A DNA stretch of 64,000 bases from Myxococcota bacterium. GTDB taxonomy: Bacteria; Myxococcota_A; SURF-8. The notes below the pieces were generated by a model. That model was not told the DNA's origin, ran no database searches, and saw nothing but the letters and a program-made list of their open reading frames with translations. The translations under genes and the position numbers were made by a program. The stretch spans positions 3,520,001 to 3,584,000 of the forward strand of contig OZ223209.1 of the NCBI GenBank assembly GCA_965140415.1, written 5' to 3'. Positions 10,997 through 21,148 of this stretch are shown here, piece by piece. Positions within the stretch are counted from its first letter, which is position 1. Every line of letters begins with the position of its first letter.

Positions 10997-11040
10997 CGAA
11001 AACACCTCCAAATGCAGATCGCTTTAAACAATCCCGCTAG

Positions 11041-12750
11041 TTACAAACGAACGAACATTCCTTTGATCCTGAAATTCGGATTGACACCTTCTGCCCAGGC
11101 CACGAAATAGAGATTCCCTTCAACATGCACGATACTCGGCTGATATGGGGGAACATCTGCTGTATTAAGCTGCCTTGCGGAGCCTCTTGCTGCGAAGGAC
11201 GTACCATCGTAATCGAAGCCCTGCACCAGCAAATTGTTGCGCAACCCGGAAATCTGACGGAACCAGGCCACCGCTCCTCCGCCCGGACCCGCTGCCACTG
11301 CCGGTGTATGCTCCATACCCAGCGTAGTGCCAAAGGTTAACGCCGGACCATCGGCATTCGCGTAATTCTGGGCATCTTTCACTTTGACATCGAATCGGGA
11401 GCCACTGATTGCGGTAAAAGCCAGATAGGCGTGATCCGCTTGTGGAGAATAGCCGGAAAGTGCCGGATTTCCTGCCTCTTGATTGGCCAAAGCCTCCACG
11501 GGAGGAACCGGAAAAGCTGTTGACGAATCGGAAGCCACTTCCCCGTGAGCAACGGTATCCGCCCCTTCATCCGGACTCCAAGTGTGCGCAAATAAAAGAG
11601 TATCGTTTGCCGCGCTTCCAGCAGCCGGATAAACTTGAGTTGTCGTTTCCTGGTACACTTCAACGATGTTACCGGAAAGTTGACCTTCGGCGTTCACACG
11701 TTGCAAGAAAGTCTGCCAGCGGTCCATCACATCCGATGCGAAAGCACCAACAATGGCGAAACCATTACTGGTTGCAGCAGCTTGCGCCATCCAGGCATTG
11801 ACATCGATCACACCATCTCCACGAGAGAGATTCAATTGAACCGCGGAAGATTCCAAGCGTGTTCCGGTGGACGAAATCGTATTGTAGAAGATATTGAGGT
11901 TACGCGATCCGCTGCCGTTATCCTGTTGCCAGGCTACCAGCACACGCCCCGGCTCATGAAGAGCAGCAATCGAAGGATCGGTTTCGTTGTATTCACTCAC
12001 ACCGACCGCAAAAGGATCGACTGCACTGGAGCCATCGCAGTTGATACGCAGCGCATAGACATCGAATTTGTTATAGTCATCCGGTAGGTTGTAGGTCACC
12101 CAAACCGCTTCGCCATCGAATGTAGCCTGTGGGTGAATTTGGGTGTTCGGACCAAGCGGATCCAGATCGAACACAACATCGGTGACGAGCGCAGTAGCGC
12201 AGGGAGAAACCGAACCTTCGCCATCAATCAGATCCATATCAGAGTCACCGTCCACTGACGAATCACCGTCCACGGAAGAGTCGCCGTCTACAGGCGAGTC
12301 ACCATCTACGAACGAGTCACCATCTACGGACGAGTCACCATCTACGGACGAGTCACCGTCCACTGACGAGTCACCGTCCACTGACGAGTCACCGTCCACT
12401 GACGAGTCACCGTCCACTGACGAATCTCCATCCACAGGCGAGTCACCATCTACGGACGAATCACCATCCACTGACGAATCACCATCCACAGGCGAATCTC
12501 CGTCTACAGGCGAGTCACCATCCACTGACGAATCACCATCCACAGGCGAATCTCCGTCTACAGGCGAGTCACCATCTACGGACGAATCTCCATCCACAGG
12601 CGAATCTCCATCCACTGACGAGTCGCCGTCGATAATGGAATCGCTGTCGCCATCTTCGTTGGAGTCATCGGAATCGCAACCCCATAGCAATAGCGAACAT
12701 GAAATCAGCAGCAGCAAATACGCTAACGTGTTGTAAAGAATTCTGTTCAT
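11041..12750 (-). CDS. Lipoprotein with 21x DGDS(S/P)V repeat and C-terminal propeller-like domain
   Basis: Lipobox LWG-C and tandem hexapeptides, then recurring Q/E-x-x-P-x-(A/I)...V-x-W blades. Confidence 0.8.
   Translation of the reverse strand: MNRILYNTLAYLLLLISCSLLLWGCDSDDSNEDGDSDSIIDGDSSVDGDSPVDGDSSVDGDSPVDGDSPVDGDSSVDGDSPVDGDSPVDGDSSVDGDSSVDGDSPVDGDSSVDGDSSVDGDSSVDGDSSVDGDSSVDGDSSVDGDSFVDGDSPVDGDSSVDGDSSVDGDSDMDLIDGEGSVSPCATALVTDVVFDLDPLGPNTQIHPQATFDGEAVWVTYNLPDDYNKFDVYALRINCDGSSAVDPFAVGVSEYNETDPSIAALHEPGRVLVAWQQDNGSGSRNLNIFYNTISSTGTRLESSAVQLNLSRGDGVIDVNAWMAQAAATSNGFAIVGAFASDVMDRWQTFLQRVNAEGQLSGNIVEVYQETTTQVYPAAGSAANDTLLFAHTWSPDEGADTVAHGEVASDSSTAFPVPPVEALANQEAGNPALSGYSPQADHAYLAFTAISGSRFDVKVKDAQNYANADGPALTFGTTLGMEHTPAVAAGPGGGAVAWFRQISGLRNNLLVQGFDYDGTSFAARGSARQLNTADVPPYQPSIVHVEGNLYFVAWAEGVNPNFRIKGMFVRL
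12253..12630. repeat. 18-bp coding tandem repeat, 21 units
   Basis: Units such as cactgacgagtcaccgtc; 21 x 18 = 378 bp encoding DGDS(S/P/F)V on the minus strand. Confidence 0.95.
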
Positions 12751-12987
12751 CGTTCGTGCTTCCAGCTTAAAAGAAAGTAATCGTTGCCTATCATACCTCA
12801 TCTGCTTCTTTCTCATCGAAACATTTTCAAAAAGATGAAAGTTGCAACCGTGTATGATATGCTTCCCGAGCGGACACAGGAATAGTTGTATCTAGCAAAT
12901 AATCCCGTCCTTGCCAAGCGTTTTGGAATAGGTCCGCAGCCCCTTATGAAAGCTTCAGGGACGGATAATGAGGAAGAAGGAAGCGGA

Positions 12988-14394
12988 ATGCGCAAAACGA
13001 AAATCGTTTGCACACTAGGACCGGCGACTGCCGGAGTCGCGAAGTTGGAAGAATTGATCCGTGCGGGCCTCGATGCCGCAAGACTGAATTTTTCTCACGG
13101 CTCCCACGAAGACCATCGACAGATGGTACTGGATTTACGCGAAGCGGCAAAACGAGTGGGCCGCCCCGTAGCATTACTGGGCGATCTATGCGGTCCCAAG
13201 ATCCGAATCGGAAAGATGCCGGATGGGGGAATGCCCATAGAACCGGGAGAGACTCTCCGCCTGCGCGAAAGTGGAGAGGCATCACAAGGCATCATCACGC
13301 ACTCCTACCCTTCTCTAGCACGCGATGTGCGCAAAGGAGAACCGATTCTAATCGATGACGGCCTGATCCGCCTGCAAGTGGAAGCGACGGAAGGAGAAGA
13401 TGTTCTCTGCTCGGTCAAAATCGGCGGTGTGCTTAAAGATCACAAGGGGATGAACCTGCCGAAATCGCGCCTTTCGGTTCCGGCGCTGACAGAAAAAGAC
13501 AAGCAGGACGTTCTTTTCGCCCGCGAAATCGAAGTTGACTATCTCGCCCTGTCCTTCGTTCGTCAGGCAGAAGACATTCAGGAATTAAACGAACTGGCTC
13601 CCGGCATTCCGGTAATCGCTAAAATCGAAAAACCGGAAGCGGTGGAAAATCTGGAAAGCATTCTGGATGCCGCAGATGGACTGATGGTGGCACGTGGCGA
13701 TCTGGGTGTGGAACTTGGCCATGAAAAAGTACCGCTAGTACAAAAGCGCATCATTAGCGCCATCCGTTCCACCGCCAAACCGGTCATTACCGCTACCCAG
13801 ATGCTGGAGTCCATGATACAAAATGCAACCCCGACGCGCGCCGAAGTGTCCGATGTTGCCAACGCCGTGTTGGACGGCACCGACGCCGTGATGCTTTCCG
13901 GGGAAACTTCGATCGGTCGCTACCCTGTCCAAACCGTTCAGATCATGGCATCGATCATTGATGAAATCGAATCCAGCGCTCGCTATTTCAGACCGAACAA
14001 CGGAAACGACCTGGTTTTACAGGACCGTTCCTTTTCCAGCATGATCGCCAAAGCAGCCACCAGCGCAGTCAATGAGTTCAAACTGGCTGCCATGGCCGTT
14101 TACACGCAATCGGGACGTACCGCAGCGTTGGTCAGTGCGGCCAGACCGCAAGCCAACCTGATCGCCTTTTCACCCGATCCGGTAGCATTGAACCGACTGT
14201 CACTATTCTGGGGAGTTTGTCCTTTATACGGAAAATGGGCCAACGACACCCAGTCGGTGGTCGAACAAGCCGAAAAAGGACTACTTCAACAAGGTCTGGT
14301 TTCCAGTGGTCAAAATATTGCCATTACGTTCGGACTGGTGCTGGATGAAGAACCCTTCCAGACCAACGTACTCAAACTCTGGAAAGTGCGTTAA
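12988..14394 (+). CDS. pyk: Pyruvate kinase
   Basis: RKTKIVCTLGPA, RLNFSHG, IAKIEK, MVARGDLG, ATQMLESM and MLSGETS. Confidence 0.98.
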   Translation: MRKTKIVCTLGPATAGVAKLEELIRAGLDAARLNFSHGSHEDHRQMVLDLREAAKRVGRPVALLGDLCGPKIRIGKMPDGGMPIEPGETLRLRESGEASQGIITHSYPSLARDVRKGEPILIDDGLIRLQVEATEGEDVLCSVKIGGVLKDHKGMNLPKSRLSVPALTEKDKQDVLFAREIEVDYLALSFVRQAEDIQELNELAPGIPVIAKIEKPEAVENLESILDAADGLMVARGDLGVELGHEKVPLVQKRIISAIRSTAKPVITATQMLESMIQNATPTRAEVSDVANAVLDGTDAVMLSGETSIGRYPVQTVQIMASIIDEIESSARYFRPNNGNDLVLQDRSFSSMIAKAATSAVNEFKLAAMAVYTQSGRTAALVSAARPQANLIAFSPDPVALNRLSLFWGVCPLYGKWANDTQSVVEQAEKGLLQQGLVSSGQNIAITFGLVLDEEPFQTNVLKLWKVR

Positions 14395-15323
14395 AACCCG
14401 GAGGCGGAAACCACCCTGAACGTCCAATCGTGATACTCGCCGACGCGCCCGTCGTCGGTCTTGAACGCCCATTGAAAAACGAGGTCATCCCCTGCGGAGG
14501 TGCCCTCCCCGCTGAATGTAGCACTGAACACAAATAACCCACTCTCGGCAACCGCCTGCAACTCCTTGTAGGCGTCATTGCCGGGACTGGTAAAGATCAC
14601 GGTCGAAACCTGTTCTTCATCACGGAAGTCCAATTCCAAGTTTAGCGTCATGGATGCCCCCGGCGCGACTTCCTCCAGCGCCGTCAAGTTCTCCACCTGC
14701 GGGAAAAAGGTTCCAGCCTGTCCTATCGGTCTCCCGGTTTTGACTTCGCTTTCTCCAAGCAGGGAAAGCAGCTTGATGTCATCCAGCACCAGCAACGGTT
14801 CCTGATCCAGTATCGACAGGACAAACTCGTAATAATTTCCAACCAATCCGCTTTCGGTCTGCAAGGCCATGCGAACATTGAATTCCTGGGCTTTCAATTG
14901 CAGATCCGCCTGTAATTCACCAGGCAAGCGAATCACACCGTTTTCCAATGTGGCCTCAATCAGCACATACCCATCGGCATTCTCGATCTGCATGATGACC
15001 TGAGTCACCAACTCCGGATCGGCGAATTCGCTTTCAACAAAAAGAACAAACGGCGAACCAATCTGGACCAAGGTTCCCTGAACGCTTTCGATCTGCGGAG
15101 CTTCAGGATTTTCGCTCTCGGGCGGCGGGTCTCCTTCTTCGTAGGTCGAATCGTCGAAATCCATCGAATCGGTCAGGCGATCCGCCAGTTCCCGAGCGAT
15201 TTTATCCGCTTCGGATTCACCGGAACACGCCATCAATGTAGTGATTGATGCAATAATTAATAATGCGATCAGAAGGCTAGAACTCAGCTTTTTCGCCGTT
15301 TCCATTTTTCCGATATCTTTCAT
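14391..15323 (-). CDS. Lipoprotein with two copies of an uncharacterised domain
   Basis: Lipobox LMA-C; the two halves end in ALQTESGLVGNY and AFKTDDGRVGEY. Confidence 0.7.
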   Translation of the reverse strand: MKDIGKMETAKKLSSSLLIALLIIASITTLMACSGESEADKIARELADRLTDSMDFDDSTYEEGDPPPESENPEAPQIESVQGTLVQIGSPFVLFVESEFADPELVTQVIMQIENADGYVLIEATLENGVIRLPGELQADLQLKAQEFNVRMALQTESGLVGNYYEFVLSILDQEPLLVLDDIKLLSLLGESEVKTGRPIGQAGTFFPQVENLTALEEVAPGASMTLNLELDFRDEEQVSTVIFTSPGNDAYKELQAVAESGLFVFSATFSGEGTSAGDDLVFQWAFKTDDGRVGEYHDWTFRVVSASGF

Positions 15324-15490
15324 GTTTATCGCCCCTTTTAACACTCCTCTTTTCACTAGATTAGCCGATCCACAGCCAAAACGCAATCATGGCAATTCTG
15401 GTAAATTCAACAAACATCAGCTCTCCTTGACCGCATGACCCCGCCAGTGCTAGCATAGCCGTGCGAATTGCTCTGAAATGGAATATAGGA

Positions 15491-16897
15491 ATGACCCAAT
15501 CGATTCTGATGATCAACCCGCCGGTTCAGGCGGTTTCCACCTGGCAGATGTACAACTACGCCGAGCCGTATCCCTACGGTCTGTTGAAACTTGCCTCCGT
15601 TCTGCGCAAACAAGGCCATCGGCTGAAGTTGATCGACATGATGGTCTACGATCATCTTGAGAAGCGGAACATGGCCGACTGGCCACACAATGCGAAACAA
15701 CTTTCGACGAAACGCGCAGGAAGCGCTTCCGTTAATGATGTTCTGCGCCCGGCCTATCTGCTCGGTCAAAATATGGAGTGGCTGAAAGCGCGTTTACAGG
15801 AAATCGAGCGACCGGATGAAGTATGGGTCACGGCCTGCTTGACCTTCGATTTTGAAACCGCCCACGACGTTATTAAAACCGTGAAAGCGGTTTTCCCCGG
15901 AGTGTTCGTGCGGCTGGGTGGGAACTATCCGTCGCTATTGCCGGAACATGCCGCGACCAGCGGCGCAGATGCCGTGGAAGTCGGCATGAACGAAGCGGCG
16001 GAATGGGAATTCGGCGATTTGACGTTATTCGATGAAACACCGCCTGTCGGATTGTTCAATCTGGCAACCGGCTGTTCGAACAAATGTACCTTTTGTGTCA
16101 ACCATCGTTATCGTCCCGTATTGCGCCACGAACCGAAAAAGCTTGCCTATTACATCCTGAAAACCTCGCGCGAACTGGGTATCCGCCACTTCAGCAACTG
16201 GGATCCCAACGTTATGTTATTTCCAAAGGCATTGGAGGAATTCCTGGATCTGATGGCCCGCGCCAAGACTGGCATTACCATGGCATTCAACATGGGGATT
16301 CAACCCAATCTATTGAGTCGTCGCATCGCGGAAAAGATGCTGAAAGCCGGTGTCACACAGTTGACGATTCCCTTTGAAACCAGTGATCCGGACATGCTCG
16401 TTCGTTATAAAAAGCCCTACCCAATCCACATCCCGATTGAGAAAATGCAGATGATCCGGGAAATCGGTTTTCAGGTCGGGCGTTTTCACTCGACGGCGGT
16501 ATTCGGCTATGCCGATGAGCGCATCCGGTATCTTTTCCGAACATACTGCTACATGGTGCTTTTTGGTGCACAACCGGACTTCTTTCCACTCACCCCCACA
16601 CCAACCTCCGTGGCCTTTGAAAGCTACCTTGAAGCATTCGGTGACAAACCGTATGATGAACTGAACGGCTACCTGTTCCCATTGCAACCCAGCAAGGAAC
16701 GAGTGGAATTGTACGAACAGTTGATTGAACTTTTGAACCAGCATTACATTGACCGAGCCATTCCACTGGCCAAACGTTTACCGGAAGATCTGCAACGCGC
16801 ATTCTTCGAGGAACTGGATTTCGTCGAATCGGAATTGACAAAGCGGGGAGTCGATCTCATTACCAGCAAACCGGCAGACGCACCTATCGCACCGTAG
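15491..16897 (+). CDS. Cobalamin-binding-domain radical SAM protein
   Basis: INPP...PYGLLKLASVL...GGNYPS B12-binding-type N-terminus; CxxxCxxC in GCSNKCTFC. Confidence 0.85.
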   Translation: MTQSILMINPPVQAVSTWQMYNYAEPYPYGLLKLASVLRKQGHRLKLIDMMVYDHLEKRNMADWPHNAKQLSTKRAGSASVNDVLRPAYLLGQNMEWLKARLQEIERPDEVWVTACLTFDFETAHDVIKTVKAVFPGVFVRLGGNYPSLLPEHAATSGADAVEVGMNEAAEWEFGDLTLFDETPPVGLFNLATGCSNKCTFCVNHRYRPVLRHEPKKLAYYILKTSRELGIRHFSNWDPNVMLFPKALEEFLDLMARAKTGITMAFNMGIQPNLLSRRIAEKMLKAGVTQLTIPFETSDPDMLVRYKKPYPIHIPIEKMQMIREIGFQVGRFHSTAVFGYADERIRYLFRTYCYMVLFGAQPDFFPLTPTPTSVAFESYLEAFGDKPYDELNGYLFPLQPSKERVELYEQLIELLNQHYIDRAIPLAKRLPEDLQRAFFEELDFVESELTKRGVDLITSKPADAPIAP

Positions 16898-16926
16898 AAA
16901 ACAGCATTTCCATCGCATAAAACGAA

Positions 16927-16957
16927 TCAGGCACCTACAGAAGATGTAAGTGCCTGA
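16927..16957. terminator. Stem-loop between the converging radical SAM gene and tRNA-Leu
   Basis: TCAGGCACCTACA / TGTAAGTGCCTGA inverted repeat. Confidence 0.55.
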
Positions 16958-16967
16958 CTTATAGTTA

Positions 16968-17052
16968 TGGTGCCCAAGGCCGGACTCGAACCGGCACGCC
17001 TTTCGACACTACCCCCTCAAGATAGCGTGTCTACCAGTTCCACCACTTGGGC
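16968..17052 (-). tRNA. tRNA-Leu(GAG)
   Basis: GCCCAAG acceptor stem, TGGTAGAC D-loop, anticodon loop TTGAGGG, long variable arm, GGTTCGAGTCC and encoded CCA; canonical position after secG. Confidence 0.97.
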
Positions 17053-17135
17053 ATCCAATCTTGAAAAGAACCGACGCCGCTCCTTCTACAGGTACCAGCG
17101 TGTTTTCGTCAAGGAAATTCGAGAATCGCAGCCGA

Positions 17136-17630
17136 TTATTCAGCGGCCTTTTCAGCGGGAGCTTCCTCGGCCTTGGGTGCGACGTCTTTCGGATCGACTT
17201 TCTCGACCGTAATTCCGGGAACCGGATTTCCGTCTTTATCCTGAATCACGATCTTGGGAGCCGCGCCATCCGCCGGAGCCGCCGCTTCAGGGGCTTGCGC
17301 TGCCGGAGCACTCTCTTCAGCAGGTTGCGCTTCCATTGCCGGGACAGCTTCTTCCTGCACAGGGGCCGGTGCTTCCAATTCCACATCGTCTACCAGAGAA
17401 CTGGTGGAACTCGCCATATAGGCCAGCGTCATCGAAGTCAGCATGAAGACAGTCGCTGCCGTCGCCGTCAGTTTGCCCATGAAACTCATCCCACTGCCGC
17501 CGCCGAACGTCGTCTGGCTGCTGCCGCCGAAAGCGGCACCCATGCCCGCGCCTTTACCGGACTGCAACAGCACGACCAGAATCATGAACAGCGCTGCAAG
17601 AATGTGGACGATTGAAATGAAAAGTGTCAT
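17136..17630 (-). CDS. secG: Preprotein translocase subunit SecG with long Ala/Glu/Pro tail
   Basis: VVLLQSGKGAGMGAAFGG...FGG...KLT; upstream of tRNA-Leu. Confidence 0.95.
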   Translation of the reverse strand: MTLFISIVHILAALFMILVVLLQSGKGAGMGAAFGGSSQTTFGGGSGMSFMGKLTATAATVFMLTSMTLAYMASSTSSLVDDVELEAPAPVQEEAVPAMEAQPAEESAPAAQAPEAAAPADGAAPKIVIQDKDGNPVPGITVEKVDPKDVAPKAEEAPAEKAAE

Positions 17631-17763
17631 TATCCTTTATGCCTCCGCCAAAAATGGCAACCAATCGCAAACGGGGGATTCTTTTACTAGATCAAGGCGT
17701 AGTTGTCAAATAAATTCAATCCGTTTGCACGAAAAAGCTTTCTGATCTGCTCGATGGAGAACG

Positions 17764-18132
17764 TCAACGACGCGGATATCCCTTGGGAGCTGCTTTTTTC
17801 CCGAATCGTTGCTCGGATACACCTTCACGAACTTTGCGCATCATGCGAATCACCGCATACACAGCAGTTGTCACCAAGATCATGTTAACAAGAATGTTCC
17901 AACCTACCCCTAGATGCATTTCCCTAATCGCCAGACTGACACCGGAAAGCCCTACCAAAACGCCAAGGTAGGGAGGGGATAACTCTGCCATGATCTCCCC
18001 GGTAGATCCGGGCTCGGAATTGACAATCCGTTTCAGGTAAGGTGTTGCTCCAAAGGCCACTACAACCCCCAAGATTCCGAAAACAAACAAATACCCGAAG
18101 ATCCAGCCAACACTGACTTGAACTTGCTCCAT
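17764..18132 (-). CDS. Small membrane protein (3 TM)
   Basis: Three hydrophobic segments; GGAGGAG RBS. Confidence 0.7.
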   Translation of the reverse strand: MEQVQVSVGWIFGYLFVFGILGVVVAFGATPYLKRIVNSEPGSTGEIMAELSPPYLGVLVGLSGVSLAIREMHLGVGWNILVNMILVTTAVYAVIRMMRKVREGVSEQRFGKKAAPKGYPRR

Positions 18133-18356
18133 GTCCTACTCCTCCATTCAGCCCGACTTCACTTACGAAATCATATCGGAATGCTGAGAAAAAGTCGAGA
18201 TCGATTCCAGATTCCGCTATCGAAAAAATCTATTACAGTTTTCATAATAGAGAATGTCGTTTGGAAAATCCTGAATTTGGAATAGAATGGTCGTATGAGT
18301 TCACACTTATGAGCATCATTCAATCTGTTCAATCTCTTTTGCAGTTTAAGGTGCAG

Positions 18357-20384
18357 ATGAAACGAAACCGCCTTATCACACTAATTTCATTGGCATTAAT
18401 CATCACCTTGGCTTGGTGGTGGAGATCGGAGTCTACTCCAACAAGTCAAAATAAAACCCGACCGAGCCGTGTAAGCACCCATGAAATCGACGACCTAAGC
18501 CTCCATCAACCCTCAAGAACTCCGCGTCAACCCTCTCAACCGACAGGTTTACCTGCGATTTTCAGCACCACCCCAAGCGATCCGCGCCCGAAATGGCAAA
18601 GTTCACTGGCTCTGTTTATCATAGACAAATCAACACAGCGTCCGGTTCCGGGAGTGAAAATCCAAATCCAGGGGCCGATCACGCTGCCGCCCGCCTGGAG
18701 TGATCAGGACGGCAACGTCAGCTTTCTACAACTTCCAGCCGGATTCTATTACTTAACGTTGACTCACGACGCCTATGCCCTGGCGCGACACAATGCCTAC
18801 ACCTTCGTTCAGTTAAAAGCGCAAGAGCACCGGGAACTGCTGATCGAGGTAGAATCGGCTTGTCTGGCCAGCGGAAGAATGATCTCCGCCCTTAGTGGCG
18901 AACCGATTGCGGATGCGGAAATCTATCCTAATCGATACGAACAGAACGATCCAGTGCGCAGTGATGTGCAAGGGCGCTTCATGCTGCACACAGGAGAACT
19001 GCACGAAGCCAATATCTATTTCAAGGCAAACGGTTATTCTCCGCGTGAGATCAGGCGCGGCTGCCTGGATGGGAAAATCGACTTGGGAGATGTCCCTCTC
19101 ACCGCCGATTGGGTGCTGAAAGGCAAAGTGGTCGATACCCAACAGGAACCGCTTGCAGGTGTAACCGTGCAAGATTACCCACGCGAACCAGACGCGCCTC
19201 CCACTGCAAACCTGATGTTAGCCACAACCGACGAACAAGGACGTTTTTCCCTTGCCGGTCTTCCCACTACTAACGAACATATCTATTTCTACAAGGACGG
19301 TTATGCCTCTGCGGATGCGAAGGTTAACTCCGCAACTCCCGCCGATTTTACAGTCGTCATGCATGCTTCTTGCACGATTCAAGGTTTGGTGCAGGATCAG
19401 CAGCAAACCCCGGTAGAAGGAGTAACCGTTCAAAAACTGCAAACCTTCGGCGTGGAAGCAATCTCAATTACCGATGAAGCAGGGAAATTTACACTTGATA
19501 ATCTAGCACCAGGAAAACAAGGGATTTTAGTGATGACGGCCATCGACGATGTTCAGGTCATCCAGACGCTGCGTACCACCTGTCCGCCGCCCAATCCCCC
19601 TTGGATCGTTACCATTGAAAGACCATCCAATAGCGTTTCCAAGGGAATCGTACTCGACGCAAACGAGAAACCTGTATCTGGAGCCTTCATCATTGTCATG
19701 GTCAAACGGAACATGAAAAGCTGGACCCAGGTCATCAGCGGAGAAGACGGGCGCTTCTCGATTCGGGTTCCCGATGATGAAGAATATACCCTGCTAGCCA
19801 GCTCGATCAATCCTCCCGGAGTTGCTTACAGCAAAGGCATTTCCGGAGAACAATCGAACATCCAGCTAAAACTGAGTGATTTCAAGCCATATAACAAAAT
19901 TCCCAAGACGGGTTCGGTTGAAGATAACGAAGGACGACCGATTCTCAATTACCAGTACTGCTGGTCTTATTGCAGCCAGAAACGCAGCTCGGACGAGCAA
20001 GGCCTTTGGTATCGAACAATAGAGATGCCCATCGACACGCCCCCCTTGTGGATCTTCACACAAGATGGTCGCGTCGCCCGATCCGCCTTGACTCCTTATG
20101 GAGAGCCCTCCGAGGAAGACAGCATTGTGGTAATTGGCGAAGGTGCGTCGCTGAAAGCTCAACTGGGAAAAGACTTTGAAGGATGGACGCGGGTGGAATT
20201 GGGTTCGGGGTGGCCGATCTTTGAAAAAAACTTGCAGGATGAAATTGATTTTCCGCTGCTACCGCCGGGGATATACTATCTTTCGCTTACCGCAGCCAAC
20301 GGACGGCGGCGCGATATCCGCGATATCAGCATTCAAGACGGCGCCCCGGTTGACCTTGGAGAGATCAACCTGGACGCCCCATAA
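18357..20384 (+). CDS. Membrane-anchored protein with repeated carboxypeptidase-regulatory-like domains
   Basis: N-terminal TM helix; repeated G-x-V-x-D...P(V/L)xG(V/A)...(T/S)D-x-x-G-x-F units. Confidence 0.8.
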   Translation: MKRNRLITLISLALIITLAWWWRSESTPTSQNKTRPSRVSTHEIDDLSLHQPSRTPRQPSQPTGLPAIFSTTPSDPRPKWQSSLALFIIDKSTQRPVPGVKIQIQGPITLPPAWSDQDGNVSFLQLPAGFYYLTLTHDAYALARHNAYTFVQLKAQEHRELLIEVESACLASGRMISALSGEPIADAEIYPNRYEQNDPVRSDVQGRFMLHTGELHEANIYFKANGYSPREIRRGCLDGKIDLGDVPLTADWVLKGKVVDTQQEPLAGVTVQDYPREPDAPPTANLMLATTDEQGRFSLAGLPTTNEHIYFYKDGYASADAKVNSATPADFTVVMHASCTIQGLVQDQQQTPVEGVTVQKLQTFGVEAISITDEAGKFTLDNLAPGKQGILVMTAIDDVQVIQTLRTTCPPPNPPWIVTIERPSNSVSKGIVLDANEKPVSGAFIIVMVKRNMKSWTQVISGEDGRFSIRVPDDEEYTLLASSINPPGVAYSKGISGEQSNIQLKLSDFKPYNKIPKTGSVEDNEGRPILNYQYCWSYCSQKRSSDEQGLWYRTIEMPIDTPPLWIFTQDGRVARSALTPYGEPSEEDSIVVIGEGASLKAQLGKDFEGWTRVELGSGWPIFEKNLQDEIDFPLLPPGIYYLSLTAANGRRRDIRDISIQDGAPVDLGEINLDAP

Positions 20385-20389
20385 GTCAC

Positions 20390-20905
20390 CTATTTATCAA
20401 GCGCTTCGATTCTGGACATATCCTTGACATGCAGACATCCAGGATATTCCAGGGCTTCGTCCCAGTACAAGAAACGAGTGGCCTGCTCGATGTATGCTTT
20501 GTCCAAATTGCTGCCGTCTACCGGCACGTAGCCATCACAGGTGCTCTTGGTCGAGGGGTCAAAGCCATCAGAGGCGTAGAATTTGAATTCCAGATCGGTT
20601 AGCGCCGTGGCGATACCGGTTTCGTTCCACAGATCGATCACTTCGACATACGCGGCCTCATCGATGGTCGTGGTTTCGAAATCGTTCAGGTTATACTCAT
20701 ATTGCTGACCGGCATATTCGATCGTAACCATCAAGCCATCGGTATCGCCGTCGGTTGTTCCGTCGCCATCGGTTGCATCATCACCGTCAGCGACATCGCC
20801 ATCCGTGGTGTTGTCATCGTCATCACCGCCGCAGGCCTGAGCCATAAGCAGAAACAGGCTGAGTGTCAGCAGCATAAACAGTGTAAATCCATTGATTTTT
20901 CTCAT
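20390..20905 (-). CDS. Small lipoprotein with DGD linker
   Basis: AQA-C followed by GGDDDDNTTDGDVADGDDATDGDGTTDGD. Confidence 0.8.
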   Translation of the reverse strand: MRKINGFTLFMLLTLSLFLLMAQACGGDDDDNTTDGDVADGDDATDGDGTTDGDTDGLMVTIEYAGQQYEYNLNDFETTTIDEAAYVEVIDLWNETGIATALTDLEFKFYASDGFDPSTKSTCDGYVPVDGSNLDKAYIEQATRFLYWDEALEYPGCLHVKDMSRIEALDK

Positions 20906-21148
20906 CGTACGTTCTCCTTACCGCAAGTAAAAGTAATACAAATCCCCTCACTTCACTGGATGCTCGTGTCATTTGATACTCCCATGTACCTCAATTCACA
21001 ACATGAAGCAATAGGAAGTTATAGATACTTCACAAAAACTAATACACGTTTTCTCCCAGGAACTATATTTCCCATCCAACAGATCTGGTCAAGCAACGGA
21101 AAAAATGCTAAAGTCTCTTCCGTAATCGTTCGTTGTCGTGGAGGTTTC

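Noticed and set aside
12143-12736. Plus-strand ESPST(D/G)-repeat ORF, and the 18-bp array as a possible CRISPR
   Set aside because: It is the reverse complement of the DGD lipoprotein. The units are contiguous, with no spacers and no cas genes.
14391-17052. Genomic island integrated at tRNA-Leu
   Set aside because: No integrase, no duplicated tRNA 3' end found, and pyk follows within about 2.6 kb.
16967-17212. 81-aa ORF MVPKAGLEPAR
   Set aside because: Antisense translation of tRNA-Leu.
20702-21148. N-terminal 149 aa of the 578-aa ORF
   Set aside because: It overlaps the opposite-strand lipoprotein gene; the RBS and signal peptide point to the ATG at 21149.
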